DNA from: a virus
Lineage: Duplodnaviria; Caudoviricetes
DNA length: 54,685 nt
Reading direction: 5' to 3' (one strand)
Virus record (IMG/VR): IMGVR_UViG_3300048599_000773
Span: 1 to 54,685 of that record
In this document: positions 29,075-38,905 of the stretch, piece by piece
Position numbering within the stretch: position 1 is the stretch's first letter
Layout of the letters: each line of letters starts with the position of its first letter
Notes under the pieces: model-generated
What the model saw: only the letters and a program-made list of their open reading frames with translations
Database searches by the model: none
What the model was told of the DNA's origin: nothing
Program-made: the position numbers and the translations under genes

Positions 29075-29305
29075 ATGAGTATGTTATCTGATGTGACCAA
29101 GCAGGCGTTGGATCTCCCCATTGAAGAGCGCATTATTCTTGTACAACGTGTATGGGACAGCGTGGGGCACTTTGTAAACCCCGAAGTTGAGAAAGCCTGG
29201 ATGGACGAGGCTGACCGGAGATGGCAGGAGATTGAGGAGGGAAAAGTACAGTGCCTACCAGCGGACCAAGTGATGAAACAAGCCCGCGAGAGTTTGGGCC
29301 GCTAA
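29075..29305 (+). CDS. Addiction-module antitoxin (putative)
   Basis: ALDLPIEERIILV..VWDS...AWMDEADRR; upstream of a ParE-like toxin. Confidence 0.8.
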   Translation: MSMLSDVTKQALDLPIEERIILVQRVWDSVGHFVNPEVEKAWMDEADRRWQEIEEGKVQCLPADQVMKQARESLGR

Positions 29306-29604
29306 TACTTGATTACCACCCAGAAGCATCTATAGAATTAGTTGAGGCAGCCCGTTTCTATGAGGAAAGAAGAGTAGGTCTAGGACATAGATTTCTTGAC
29401 GCTGTAAATGCGTCGCTTGACATGCTACAGCGAAGTCCTTTACTTGGATGTTCTGATGAGTGTGGCCGAAGGAAGTGGCTGATTCGCGGATTTCCATATA
29501 TGATTATTTATCGACTACAAGGCGTTTTTCTCCATATTTTAGCGATTGCGCACACAAGTAGAAAGCCAAGTTATTGGGAGAATCGAGAACTAGGCGGACA
29601 ATAG
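29251..29604 (+). CDS. ParE/RelE-family toxin (start uncertain)
   Basis: HPEASIELVEAARFYE...FPYMIIY...ILAIAHTSRKPSYW. Confidence 0.8.
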   Translation: MPTSGPSDETSPREFGPLILDYHPEASIELVEAARFYEERRVGLGHRFLDAVNASLDMLQRSPLLGCSDECGRRKWLIRGFPYMIIYRLQGVFLHILAIAHTSRKPSYWENRELGGQ

Positions 29605-29659
29605 CCGAAGATATTTACATTCATTATAATATTAAGTAAACCGATCTTAATAAGATTTA

Positions 29660-30062
29660 TTAAATAAAGACCCCCGATTTTGATAGTCGGGGGTCTTTAG
29701 CGGTTTTATTTGTAAAGCTACTTCCTTTTCACGGACGGTCGGGTCCTCAACCAGCTACATCCCTTTCATCCTCCTCCAAAATTAAACGAATCGTCAAACT
29801 CCCCGGCTGTTCATCGACCACAAATTTCCGGCCGGTCTGAAAACCATTTTTAACCAGCCAGTTACCAGAGAGACGAATCGCGGGGACTTGCTTATCATTG
29901 GCATAGATCGAACTTACAGTAAGACGCCTGGTTTTCATTTGTTTTTTCCTCCCCCGTCATTTTTATAAAGTGACTTCCTTTTCACGGACGTGGATAAAAT
30001 TAGGTGCGGCTTGGGACTACCATGAAAATTATCAAAAACCCAGCTAAAGTTGGGTTTTTTGT
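29660..30062. repeat. att-like repeat copy 2 (with symE)
   Basis: Same hairpin, core ending GGGACTACCA at 30022, downstream AACCCAGC/GTTGGGTT hairpin. Confidence 0.9.
29747..29938 (-). CDS. symE: SymE-family type I toxin
   Basis: RRLTVS...VPAIRLSGNWL...GFQTG..F.V....G.LTI. Confidence 0.8.
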   Translation of the reverse strand: MKTRRLTVSSIYANDKQVPAIRLSGNWLVKNGFQTGRKFVVDEQPGSLTIRLILEEDERDVAG

Positions 30063-30253
30063 GTTGTTTGGCAACATTCCGCTAACGATATTAGTATAAG
30101 GAAAAAGTTTAATCAAGCTAATAGATAGTGAAAGGTGCTTAGCTTGTTCAAATGTACCTCCTTGTGCGGATGAACTCTTGATTTTTAGGAATAGCGATAG
30201 TAAAATAAGTATATGATAAGTATATTATTTTACTACCATAGGAGACTTTTAAG

Positions 30254-30535
30254 ATGAATATAAAACCGTCTGCGGCTATTCGCAAAAATTATAACGAAAT
30301 ATCCGCACTCTGCAAGACCACTAAAGAGCCTGTTTTTTTGACCAAAAACGGTGAGGGCGACTTGGTTGTTATGGATATTGCCACTTATTCTCAGCGTGAA
30401 AGCATGTTAAGACTACGGGAACAGCTTGTCGCTGTGGAAGAGGATAGGTTGGCGGGCAAAAAGGGTTTTTCAATCGGCGAATTGGATGAAATGATGAAGA
30501 AAGTAATAACGGAGATTGCTGATGGGCAGCAATGA
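30254..30535 (+). CDS. Phd/YefM-family antitoxin
   Basis: IRKNYNEIS...EPVFLTKNGEGDLVVM. Confidence 0.88.
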   Translation: MNIKPSAAIRKNYNEISALCKTTKEPVFLTKNGEGDLVVMDIATYSQRESMLRLREQLVAVEEDRLAGKKGFSIGELDEMMKKVITEIADGQQ

Positions 30536-30839
30536 TAAACGTTATCATGTTATTATCTCGGAACGAGCGGGTGAAATGCTCTTACAACACACCCGCTTTT
30601 TAGCGCAAGTCAGTACCCGGGCGGCCGATAAGCTCAGGATGAATATTGTCGAAGCCGCAAAATCTCTACAAGAGTTCCCGGAACGTGGTTCTTGGCTGGT
30701 CGATCCCTTATTGCCTGCAAATAAATACAGAAAGCTCTTAGTGGATAAGCGATATCTGATCATCTATCAAATCAAAGATGATACAGTATACATCGACTAT
30801 TTGGTGGATTGCCGTCAGAATTATGCCTGGTTGATATGA
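30522..30839 (+). CDS. RelE/ParE-family toxin
   Basis: SLQEFPERG, YRKLLVDKRYLIIYQI, VDCRQNY. Confidence 0.85.
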   Translation: MGSNDKRYHVIISERAGEMLLQHTRFLAQVSTRAADKLRMNIVEAAKSLQEFPERGSWLVDPLLPANKYRKLLVDKRYLIIYQIKDDTVYIDYLVDCRQNYAWLI

Positions 30840-30866
30840 TGGATATAACCATAATGGTTCTAGATT

Positions 30867-31258
30867 CATTAAAAAGAACCCCCGACCGGGGGTTTAAGTT
30901 GTTTATTTATAAAGTGATTTCCTTTTCATGGACGGTTCGGGTCCTCAACCAACTACATCCTTTTCATCCTCCTCTAAAATTAAACGAATCGTCAAACTCC
31001 CCGGCTGTTCATCGACCTGAAACTTCCGGCCGGTTTGAAAACCATTTTTAACCAGCCAGTTACCAGAGAGACGAATCGCGGGGAACTGCTTATCATTTGC
31101 ATATACCGAACTTACAGTAAGACGCCTGGTTTTTATTTATTTTTTCCTCCCCCGTCATTTTTATAGAGTGACTTTCTTTTCACGGACGAGGATAAGGTTA
31201 GGTGCGGCTTAGGACTACCATTAAAAAAGATTAAACCAGCTAAAGGCTGGTTTTTGTA
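30867..31258. repeat. att-like repeat copy 3 (with symE pseudogene)
   Basis: Core ending AGGACTACCA at 31220, followed by the AACCAGC-TAAA-GGCTGGTT hairpin. Confidence 0.9.
30945..31136 (-). pseudogene. symE: symE copy with start codon changed to ATA
   Basis: Same length (192 nt) and near-identical to 29747..29938, but ATG is ATA. Confidence 0.75.
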
Positions 31259-31367
31259 TTATTCGGCATTGGCTCATGTATAAAAACGTAGAGGAAGAAG
31301 AATAACCAATAACGAAGTTATTATGGCAAAAGAAATGGTATATAGTATCAAGGGTGGTGAAGGATAA

Positions 31368-31548
31368 ATGGGCGTTGTCGATAAGTATTCTTATTGGGAA
31401 GACGTCGTCGAATATGATCTCGGAACCGCGGAGGCAATGTCACGCGCACACGCGTGCAAATTCCGGCAGATATTTACATGTTGTTTTTATGTGTCAACAA
31501 GCGGTCAAGAAAATAACCAAAGGGTTATTTGTCTTTTTTAACGATTGA
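31368..31548 (+). pseudogene. HEPN-domain protein fragment
   Basis: YW....EYDLGTAEAM / SGRYLHVVFMCQQAV split by a 16-bp palindromic insertion; truncated. Confidence 0.7.
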
Positions 31549-31656
31549 ATTGTAAAATACAATATATAAATTAAATTATTGCAAACCGGAGGAAGAATTG
31601 CGGTTGAAAATAAACCGAGATTTAATGGGTTGTAAAAACGATCCGGAATCTGAAAA

Positions 31657-32865
31657 ATGAAACTAAATAAATTACCAAAACTTCACGAAAGGAAACAATC
31701 AAAGATGTTGAAAATTTTAATCGTAGGATTGATCCTATCATTTATCCTTGGAAGCAGTTTATCATCCGCCGAATTATCCTCTCTTAATCAAACATTGACG
31801 AATGAGAATACCGTCGATGCGCACTCCGCTGAACTGCTACAAAAAGTGATCGATCATACGGTTGCCGAAGAACGTCTGGTGGGTCTTCAAGTATCGGCTA
31901 AAACCGGGAATGGAGAAACATGGAATGGAGTTAGCGGCACGGTGGATAAAAAGCGAACCAAGGTTTTGGAGATCAATAATCCAATCCGGGTCGGCAGTAT
32001 AACGAAAACTTTTACGGCAGTAATCATTATGCATCTGATTGAAAAGGGTTACCTGGCATTAGATCAAAGCATCGATAATTGGTTTCCGGGTATATCCGGT
32101 TCGAACCAAATCACGATCAGAAATCTACTAAATCATTCAAGCGGTATCCCGGAAATATTGGGAATGAAAATGATGTTCGTTTCGACCATCAATCCGTGGA
32201 AGGTATGGAAGCCCGCAGAAATCATTCAAATCATTACAAGTAAAGATTTAGAGTTCAGTTCGGGTTCGAAGCATAAATACTCAAATTCCAACTATATTTT
32301 GCTGGGTTTCATTGCCGAGAAAGTTACGGGAAGGCCATTGCAAGATTTATATCGGGAAGAAATCTTAGATCCTTTGGGGTTAAAGAATACTTATTTCCTC
32401 CCATATGACTGTCCTCCGGTTGACTTAGTAAATGGTTATGATAGGAGTTTCATCCCATTCCCGGGAGGCTATGTCGTTAAAAAGGATAATACCGCCTGGA
32501 GCACTTGTGCATATGCATCCGGGGCCATGGCTTCAACCGCCCAAGATTTAATGAATTTTTATGACGCGATTATGAATAAAACCGTTGTCAGTGAAAGATC
32601 CTTCACAGCTATGACTGCTTTTGAAAATTCGAATGACAAAAATAATACCGAAGAATATTTGGACCGTTTTGGATTCGGGCTTTTCCAGTTTAATGCCGCT
32701 TATGATAACACATCCGGAAATTTAGGGATGTTCATCGGTTCGGAAGCATTAGCGCTCTATCATCCCGAAAAAAGATATGTCATCACAATCGTCGGAAATA
32801 TTTCCCGGTTTCATAAAGACCGGTTGGTTCAGGAGATAATCGGGATTATCAATCAAAAAACGTAA
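31657..32865 (+). CDS. Secreted serine hydrolase (beta-lactamase/D-Ala-D-Ala carboxypeptidase family)
   Basis: Signal-like N-terminus, GSITK (SxxK), LLNHSSG, YSN. Confidence 0.9.
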   Translation: MKLNKLPKLHERKQSKMLKILIVGLILSFILGSSLSSAELSSLNQTLTNENTVDAHSAELLQKVIDHTVAEERLVGLQVSAKTGNGETWNGVSGTVDKKRTKVLEINNPIRVGSITKTFTAVIIMHLIEKGYLALDQSIDNWFPGISGSNQITIRNLLNHSSGIPEILGMKMMFVSTINPWKVWKPAEIIQIITSKDLEFSSGSKHKYSNSNYILLGFIAEKVTGRPLQDLYREEILDPLGLKNTYFLPYDCPPVDLVNGYDRSFIPFPGGYVVKKDNTAWSTCAYASGAMASTAQDLMNFYDAIMNKTVVSERSFTAMTAFENSNDKNNTEEYLDRFGFGLFQFNAAYDNTSGNLGMFIGSEALALYHPEKRYVITIVGNISRFHKDRLVQEIIGIINQKT

Positions 32866-33094
32866 TTTGTTTTCCCAAAGGCCAGAAAGTAATGAAGTTA
32901 AAGTTGATCAAAGGAAAACCGGCGCTGGTCCATGTTAATGGTCAAGTATATGATGGGATCCAAATAACGGTGACCGTTCTGGTTTACCGTTCAGCCTTCT
33001 GGCGCTCTGATAATTGGTTCCGTTTAAGCGATGGATTGTTGCTTAAAACGGAGAAGCGGTGGAATTAGACTCAAGCAATAAACAATTCGTATAA

Positions 33095-33198
33095 AAAATA
33101 AAACCCCCGAATCAATGGTCGGGAGTTTTAAGGGGTCTATTTATAAAGCGACTTTCTTTTCACGGACGTGGAAAATTAGGTGCGGCTTGGGACTACCA
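33095..33198. repeat. att-like repeat copy 4
   Basis: Hairpin + TTTTCACGGACGTGGAAAATTAGGTGCGGCTTGGGACTACCA. Confidence 0.88.
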
Positions 33199-33420
33199 TA
33201 GTAAGAACTGTCTTTTGCCGATTTATTTGCAACTGCAGTCCCAATATTATAACTTTTAAATTATAATCAAGAACATCAGGTAATACTTCATATTCTTTCA
33301 TTAATACTCCCTCCCTTGATTATTTAACAATAATTCCCCCTAAATAACCAAATTATCCTTTGATGGACAGGATTTTTTGAAGCTTAGCCGAAATAAATTG
33401 TGGTTGAATGGTAATTTTGG

Positions 33421-33478
33421 TATAGCGACTTTCTTTTCACGGACATGGATTAAGGTTAGGCTCGGCTTGGGACTGCCA
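33421..33478. repeat. att-like repeat copy 5 (diverged)
   Basis: TTTTCACGGACATGGATTAAGGTTAGGCTCGGCTTGGGACTGCCA. Confidence 0.85.
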
Positions 33479-33520
33479 AAACCTCTATCCAAAGTTATTG
33501 TTAGGGGTTTGGTAAGTGAC

Positions 33521-33622
33521 TTTTTATAAATTGTTTTCCGGGTGACGGACGAGGATAAGATTAGGTACGCTTCAGGACCACCAAATTTAAAAGATTAAAT
33601 CCCTGATAAAGGGTTTTTTTGT
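33521..33622. repeat. att-like repeat copy 6 (most diverged)
   Basis: ACGGACGAGGATAAGATTAGGTACGCTTCAGGACCACCA, then AAAAGATTAAA and a hairpin with T-run. Confidence 0.75.
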
Positions 33623-33987
33623 TGCTTGGTTGAGAAATTTGCTTTTAATTATAATAACTCGGAAAGGTTATTTTTTGTGCAATCCGCTTACATATCTTCG
33701 TTCGAAGCTCCGTATGGATACAATCTCCAATTTATGATCCGGATATGGCAATACTGAGCAATGAACTCCTTATTTCATGAACCCCTTCTTGTGGCTCCAA
33801 ATAGCAATATAAAATATTTGTTGTAATTTACTTGACGATGACCACTTATAGTGGTAAATTTATATTGTAGGCAAACCACCAACTGAGATTTTAAACTGTC
33901 TAAATAGATCACTCGTTCATATACAAATGGCGATCGTTATTAGTATGCTTATCCACATATAGTAGAATTGGATAGGAGGGGCGTTCA

Positions 33988-34488
33988 ATGGGTTTGTCAT
34001 TAGGACAATATATAAAATCAGTAAGAAAGTCTATGAAGATGTCGGCGGCAAAACTTAGCAAGGATGCAGGCATATCAAAATCATACCTTGATTATATTGA
34101 GAGCGGCGCGCGTGAGCCTCAGCCCGAAATTCTCGCAAAACTCGCGGTAATACTTGAGGTGCAGCTTGACGCTTTGTTAGAGATTCAAAAGAAAGAAAAA
34201 CTGGAATCCGCACTGAACAAACTTCGAGCAGAGAACGCATCTCTTAATGACGATGAGCTTCGGGCGGTTGCGAGAACGGCGGACAACGGTTTGAGCGTGG
34301 ATAGACAGGCCCTTGCCATGATGCAAGAAGCGTTTCGCGATGCAAACGATGCCGCGCGAGTAGCTGATTACATTGAAAACCCCAATCTTCGCGCCATAGT
34401 CAAAGCGGGGGCGAGGCTTAGCGACGAAGAACTTGAAAAATTGAGAAAGGTAATGGAATCTCTGTATCCCAATGAATTCCGTTCCTAA
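33988..34488 (+). CDS. XRE-family HTH regulator
   Basis: LSKDAGISKSYLDYIESG HTH_3. Confidence 0.88.
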   Translation: MGLSLGQYIKSVRKSMKMSAAKLSKDAGISKSYLDYIESGAREPQPEILAKLAVILEVQLDALLEIQKKEKLESALNKLRAENASLNDDELRAVARTADNGLSVDRQALAMMQEAFRDANDAARVADYIENPNLRAIVKAGARLSDEELEKLRKVMESLYPNEFRS

Positions 34489-35407
34489 ACCGGAATCGGC
34501 CCTCCGAGTTTTTCACATGGCTCATAAATTCTTGAATGAATTTGGGGTCCGCTGGCTCCCCGTTGATCCGTATGAGATCATCAGCAGGCAGAAAAACTGG
34601 AGGTTGAGATATGTGGACAGGCTCGCTTACGAAATAGGTATGGACGAGCGGCATGTCTTGGAGCACGTTATGAGAAGCAACGACGGTATTGCCATGTATG
34701 ACCCTGTTGCCAAGCAATACGATATCATTCTGAACAACGCGGATGAAATCCCTAAAACAAGAATGCTATGGACTGCGGTACATGAAATCGGCCATATCTA
34801 CTTGGGGCATCTTGATGACGGGCGCACCAAAATAACCGCCGACTTGCTTTCCCGCAGCGAATATCAGCAGTTGGAATTTGAAGCGGATGTTTTCGCCGGG
34901 GAGGTGCTGGCTTCCAAGTGGTTGATGCGGCAGCTTGACATTGTGGATGAGAACGACATTGCGTTGATATGCGGCATTTCAGATGATGCGGCCCTCAGCA
35001 GGTACAGGAAAGCGACTGAGGACTACGACTATATACCTGTAAATGTGGTCTTGACGCTCCATAACTTTGGGGAATATTTAAAGAATGTGGCGATTTGCAA
35101 GCCACTTGAAGAATTTGATGATTACGCGCGTTTCACTCATAGTAACCGCGAAACCGACAAACTACTCAAACCCAAGCCGCCGTTTTTGCGAAGACCGGGA
35201 AATTGTCCGTATTGCGGGAACGAGCGGGGGATATCGGAGAGTTCCAACTTTTGTATTGCCTGCGGGAGCACTCTTAAACCGGCGGTTAAGCGAGGAACCG
35301 GTCATTGCGGCCATGTCAGCCACGAGACCGCCGCCTTTTGCGAGGAATGCGGCAACAAGGTATATCGCATTAGGCAGGGCTTTTGCCTGGAAGAGTGTGA
35401 GGTATGA
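34472..35407 (+). CDS. ImmA/IrrE-family metallopeptidase with C-terminal zinc ribbons
   Basis: HEIGH (HExxH), EFEADVFA; CPYCG, CIACG, CGH, CEECG. Confidence 0.88.
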   Translation: MNSVPKPESALRVFHMAHKFLNEFGVRWLPVDPYEIISRQKNWRLRYVDRLAYEIGMDERHVLEHVMRSNDGIAMYDPVAKQYDIILNNADEIPKTRMLWTAVHEIGHIYLGHLDDGRTKITADLLSRSEYQQLEFEADVFAGEVLASKWLMRQLDIVDENDIALICGISDDAALSRYRKATEDYDYIPVNVVLTLHNFGEYLKNVAICKPLEEFDDYARFTHSNRETDKLLKPKPPFLRRPGNCPYCGNERGISESSNFCIACGSTLKPAVKRGTGHCGHVSHETAAFCEECGNKVYRIRQGFCLEECEV

Positions 35408-35441
35408 TAAATTATTATAAAAAGGTCTGGAGGAAAAGAAG

Positions 35442-36974
35442 GTGGTCATTACGGGCGAGCTGAAAAATTCAATCGATAAGATTTGGGACGACATGTTCTC
35501 GTATGGCATTGCCAATCCGTTGGTAGTCATAGAGCAGCTTACATATTTGTTTTTCATCCGTTCGCTGGATATGATTGAGGAACGCAACGAAAACAAAGAT
35601 AATTTGATAGGAGGCGCCCCGGGCGAGCGCATTTTCTCGCCGGATGAATATGGGCAGGGTCTACGCTGGAGCAAATTCAAAGATCTGCCCGCTGAACAGC
35701 TTTTCGAGCGGATTCGGGACAGGGTTTTCCCCTTTATCAAAGGAACGGATACCGTCATTAATCTGGCCGACGGCACAAAACACACCATCAAGGGGATGAA
35801 GATCGGTCCCAAAAGCGCCTATGCCCAGCATATGGACAACGCCTATTTCGGTTTCCCAAACCCGTTGATAACCGAAAAGGTGGTCACGGCGATTGACGCG
35901 CTGACACAGGCTCTTAAGGATAACGATCTCAAGGGTGACCTGTATGAGTACATGATTTCTAAATTGCAGACTGCAGGCCGTATAGGGCAATTCAGGACAC
36001 CGCGCCACATCATCCGAATGATGGTGCGCCTCATCGACCCACATATCACGGACACTATCGCCGACCCAGCCTGCGGTACGGGCGGGTTCCTGGTGCTTGC
36101 CGGGGAGTATGTCCGCCAAAATAACGAGAAGGCTCTGCGGCTCGATAAAAATGCCCGTACACATTATCAAAGTAAAATGTTCACCGGCTATGACACCGAC
36201 CAGACCATGTTGCGCATCACCGCGATGAATATAATACTACATAACATGGACGAAGCAGATATCCGGTTTAACGACTCACTCTCCAAAGATAATGGCGATA
36301 GTGAAAAATACAGCGTGGTGCTGGCCAACCCGCCGTTCAAAGGTTCGCTTGACCACGAGGCGGTCGCGCCGTCGCTGACTTCGGTGACAAATACTAAAAA
36401 GACGGAGTTGCTCTTCCTCGCTCTTTTCCTGCGGATGCTTCAAGTTGGTGGGCGTTGTGCCTGCATCGTACCGGACGGCGTTCTTTTCGGCACATCCACG
36501 GCGCACAAGGCAATCCGCAAGGAAATCATTGAGAACCACAAATTGCAGGCGATCATCTCGATGCCTTCCGGTGTGTTCAAGCCCTATGCCGGCGTGTCCA
36601 CCGCTGTCCTGGTATTTACCAAGACCGGCAAGGGCGGCACGGATCAGGTGTGGTTCTATGATATGCAGTCGGACGGTTACAGCCTTGATGACAAGCGCAC
36701 CGATTTAGGCACCGGCGGCGATATCGAGGATATTGTGACAAGGTTTAAGAATCCGGATGCGGAAGCCGCGCGGGAACGCACCGAGCAGAGTTTCCTCGTA
36801 CCGAAGCAGGAAATTGTCGATAATGACTATGACCTTTCGATAAATAAGTACAAGAAAACGGTCGCGCAGGCCACCGAATATCCGGCCACCAGAGAGATTA
36901 TGGCGGAGCTATTTGAAATCGAGGAACGCATCGCGGCGGGGCTGAAGGAGCTGGAGGCGATGCTGAATGAGTAG
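35442..36974 (+). CDS. hsdM: Type I RM methyltransferase subunit
   Basis: GQFRTPRH, DPACGTGGF, LANPPF, VPDGVLF. Confidence 0.95.
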   Translation: MVITGELKNSIDKIWDDMFSYGIANPLVVIEQLTYLFFIRSLDMIEERNENKDNLIGGAPGERIFSPDEYGQGLRWSKFKDLPAEQLFERIRDRVFPFIKGTDTVINLADGTKHTIKGMKIGPKSAYAQHMDNAYFGFPNPLITEKVVTAIDALTQALKDNDLKGDLYEYMISKLQTAGRIGQFRTPRHIIRMMVRLIDPHITDTIADPACGTGGFLVLAGEYVRQNNEKALRLDKNARTHYQSKMFTGYDTDQTMLRITAMNIILHNMDEADIRFNDSLSKDNGDSEKYSVVLANPPFKGSLDHEAVAPSLTSVTNTKKTELLFLALFLRMLQVGGRCACIVPDGVLFGTSTAHKAIRKEIIENHKLQAIISMPSGVFKPYAGVSTAVLVFTKTGKGGTDQVWFYDMQSDGYSLDDKRTDLGTGGDIEDIVTRFKNPDAEAARERTEQSFLVPKQEIVDNDYDLSINKYKKTVAQATEYPATREIMAELFEIEERIAAGLKELEAMLNE

Positions 36975-38058
36975 TTGGAATACAGTTCGACTGGCTGATG
37001 TCTTACGCATTGACAAGACAACGGTTTCTCCAAGTGACGCCCAGAACAAACCTTATGTCGGCCTTGAGCATATTACCAAAAATACTGGTGAGATAGAAAA
37101 CGGATGCAAACAAAGCAATGCTGATGTTAAGAGTACAAAATTTGCTTTTGACCAGCGGCATATTCTTTATGGCAAGTTGCGACCGAATCTTAACAAAGTG
37201 GCACTTCCTGATTTTTCAGGAGTTTGTAGCACAGATATATATCCGCTGTTGGTTGACAATGACGTTGCGGATAGAAGACTCATTTGCGCCATTTTAAGAA
37301 GTAGCGACTTCGTTGCTTATGCTTCAAGTCAAGTTCGTGGAGCAAATCTGCCACGGGTGAATGAAAGTGTAATTAACAATTACGAAATTTCGCTTCCAAC
37401 GCTTAATGAGCAGCGTAGAATCGCCTCACTACTGGATAAGGTGAGCGATTTAATTACCTTACGCAAACAACAGCTTGAGCAACTTGACCTAATGGTCAAA
37501 TCTCAATTTATCGAGATGTTTGGAAAGCCATTAAGCGCACAAAGTAAATGGCCAATTGAATATTTAGGCAAATTATGCGATATGAAAGCAGGAAAATTTG
37601 TTTCTGCATCTGAAATTAAAGAAAAGGATGAAGAAAACCAATACCCCTGTTACGGAGGCAACGGTTTGAGAGGATATGTTTGTAGCTATTCACATGAAGG
37701 AAACTATCCTTTAATTGGAAGACAAGGCGCTTTATGCGGAAATGTACAGTATGTAGAAGGTAAATTCTACGCTACTGAACATGCAGTTGTAACTAAGCCT
37801 ATAATAGAAATGAATACATATTGGCTATTTTATACACTAAAAGAATTAGACTTAAATAGACTTTCTTCTGGAGCGGCACAACCTGGACTTACAGTAGGAA
37901 AATTAAATCTTGTGCAAATACCATATCCACCAATCAAGCTTCAAAACCAGTTTTCCAACTTTGCCAAACAGGTCGATAAATCAAAATTAGAAATCCAGCA
38001 GGGGTTGAAAAAGCTGGAACTCCAGTACAATGCGCTCATGCAGCGATATTTCGGATAG
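36967..38058 (+). CDS. hsdS: Type I RM specificity subunit
   Basis: Two TRDs with LPTLNEQRRI and PPIKLQNQF conserved repeats. Confidence 0.93.
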   Translation: MSSWNTVRLADVLRIDKTTVSPSDAQNKPYVGLEHITKNTGEIENGCKQSNADVKSTKFAFDQRHILYGKLRPNLNKVALPDFSGVCSTDIYPLLVDNDVADRRLICAILRSSDFVAYASSQVRGANLPRVNESVINNYEISLPTLNEQRRIASLLDKVSDLITLRKQQLEQLDLMVKSQFIEMFGKPLSAQSKWPIEYLGKLCDMKAGKFVSASEIKEKDEENQYPCYGGNGLRGYVCSYSHEGNYPLIGRQGALCGNVQYVEGKFYATEHAVVTKPIIEMNTYWLFYTLKELDLNRLSSGAAQPGLTVGKLNLVQIPYPPIKLQNQFSNFAKQVDKSKLEIQQGLKKLELQYNALMQRYFG

Positions 38059-38231
38059 GCGGTTCATTCTCCTGCTCAGAGCAATTTACCGCTTGGGCGG
38101 CATGAGATAGACGAGATTATGAGGAAAGGAGAACCCCTTGATGACGCGAAACATCGAAAAACCACATACTACCCACGCGCATCTGCTTTTTCGCCTTCTT
38201 TCTTCTTTAGGGAGTGAGGTGCGGTGAAGGT

Positions 38232-38900
38232 ATGTTTGACAAGTATGACGAGTATACCGAGGGAATGCTTCTCGCTCAATATAGGGTGTCGGAGATGATT
38301 AACCATAAACTGACGCGCGGCGAAGTCCGGGAAGACTTCTTGAAACTGCAGATTGAACTCCAATATGACGGCATCCGCTGTTGCAAGGGGGTTATAGCCG
38401 ACTGCGAAGGGCAGAATCAAAGCGAGCAGATTGATTTAATCATCGCCAAGCCCAATGCCCAGGTGCGTAGGATGGGCAGCCATTCTCTGATTTCAGTTGA
38501 CGATGCTGTTTTCATTATTGAAGTCAAAAGCAACGCGACAGGCGCGGATTTTACAGCCCTCAACTCGAAAGCTAATAGGTACAAGAGTATGAACGGTGGG
38601 CAGTCGTTGCTGGTAGGAATGTTCTGCTATAATTACGATTTGAAGATGAAGACGGTTCTGCGGCGTTTCGGTTACGCCTACGACGAAGAAGTACAAGGGT
38701 TCCAAAAACAATCCGGCATAGCATTGCAATATAACAGTATTGATTTTGCTGTTTCTCTGGATGAAAATGAAGAAGAGGACACGGGGCAGCAAAGAGGTTT
38801 TTTCGTCATGAAAGACGAAACTGGCGGGTATGCGCTGTACCTGGAGAGGAGCCCTGTTTCAAAATATTTTTTCAGGCTGCTTAGGCGTAGCATAAGATAA
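38232..38900 (+). CDS. NucC/DUF6602-like PD-(D/E)xK endonuclease
   Basis: H....GEVRE, G.I.D....QSEQIDLII, FIIEVKS. Confidence 0.7.
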   Translation: MFDKYDEYTEGMLLAQYRVSEMINHKLTRGEVREDFLKLQIELQYDGIRCCKGVIADCEGQNQSEQIDLIIAKPNAQVRRMGSHSLISVDDAVFIIEVKSNATGADFTALNSKANRYKSMNGGQSLLVGMFCYNYDLKMKTVLRRFGYAYDEEVQGFQKQSGIALQYNSIDFAVSLDENEEEDTGQQRGFFVMKDETGGYALYLERSPVSKYFFRLLRRSIR

Positions 38901-38905
38901 GGAGG

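Noticed and set aside
35085-36708. Long alternative-frame and antisense ORFs over the peptidase and hsdM genes
   Set aside because: Shadow ORFs of well-supported genes.
38232-38900. CBASS system
   Set aside because: No CD-NTase or other CBASS genes in the window.
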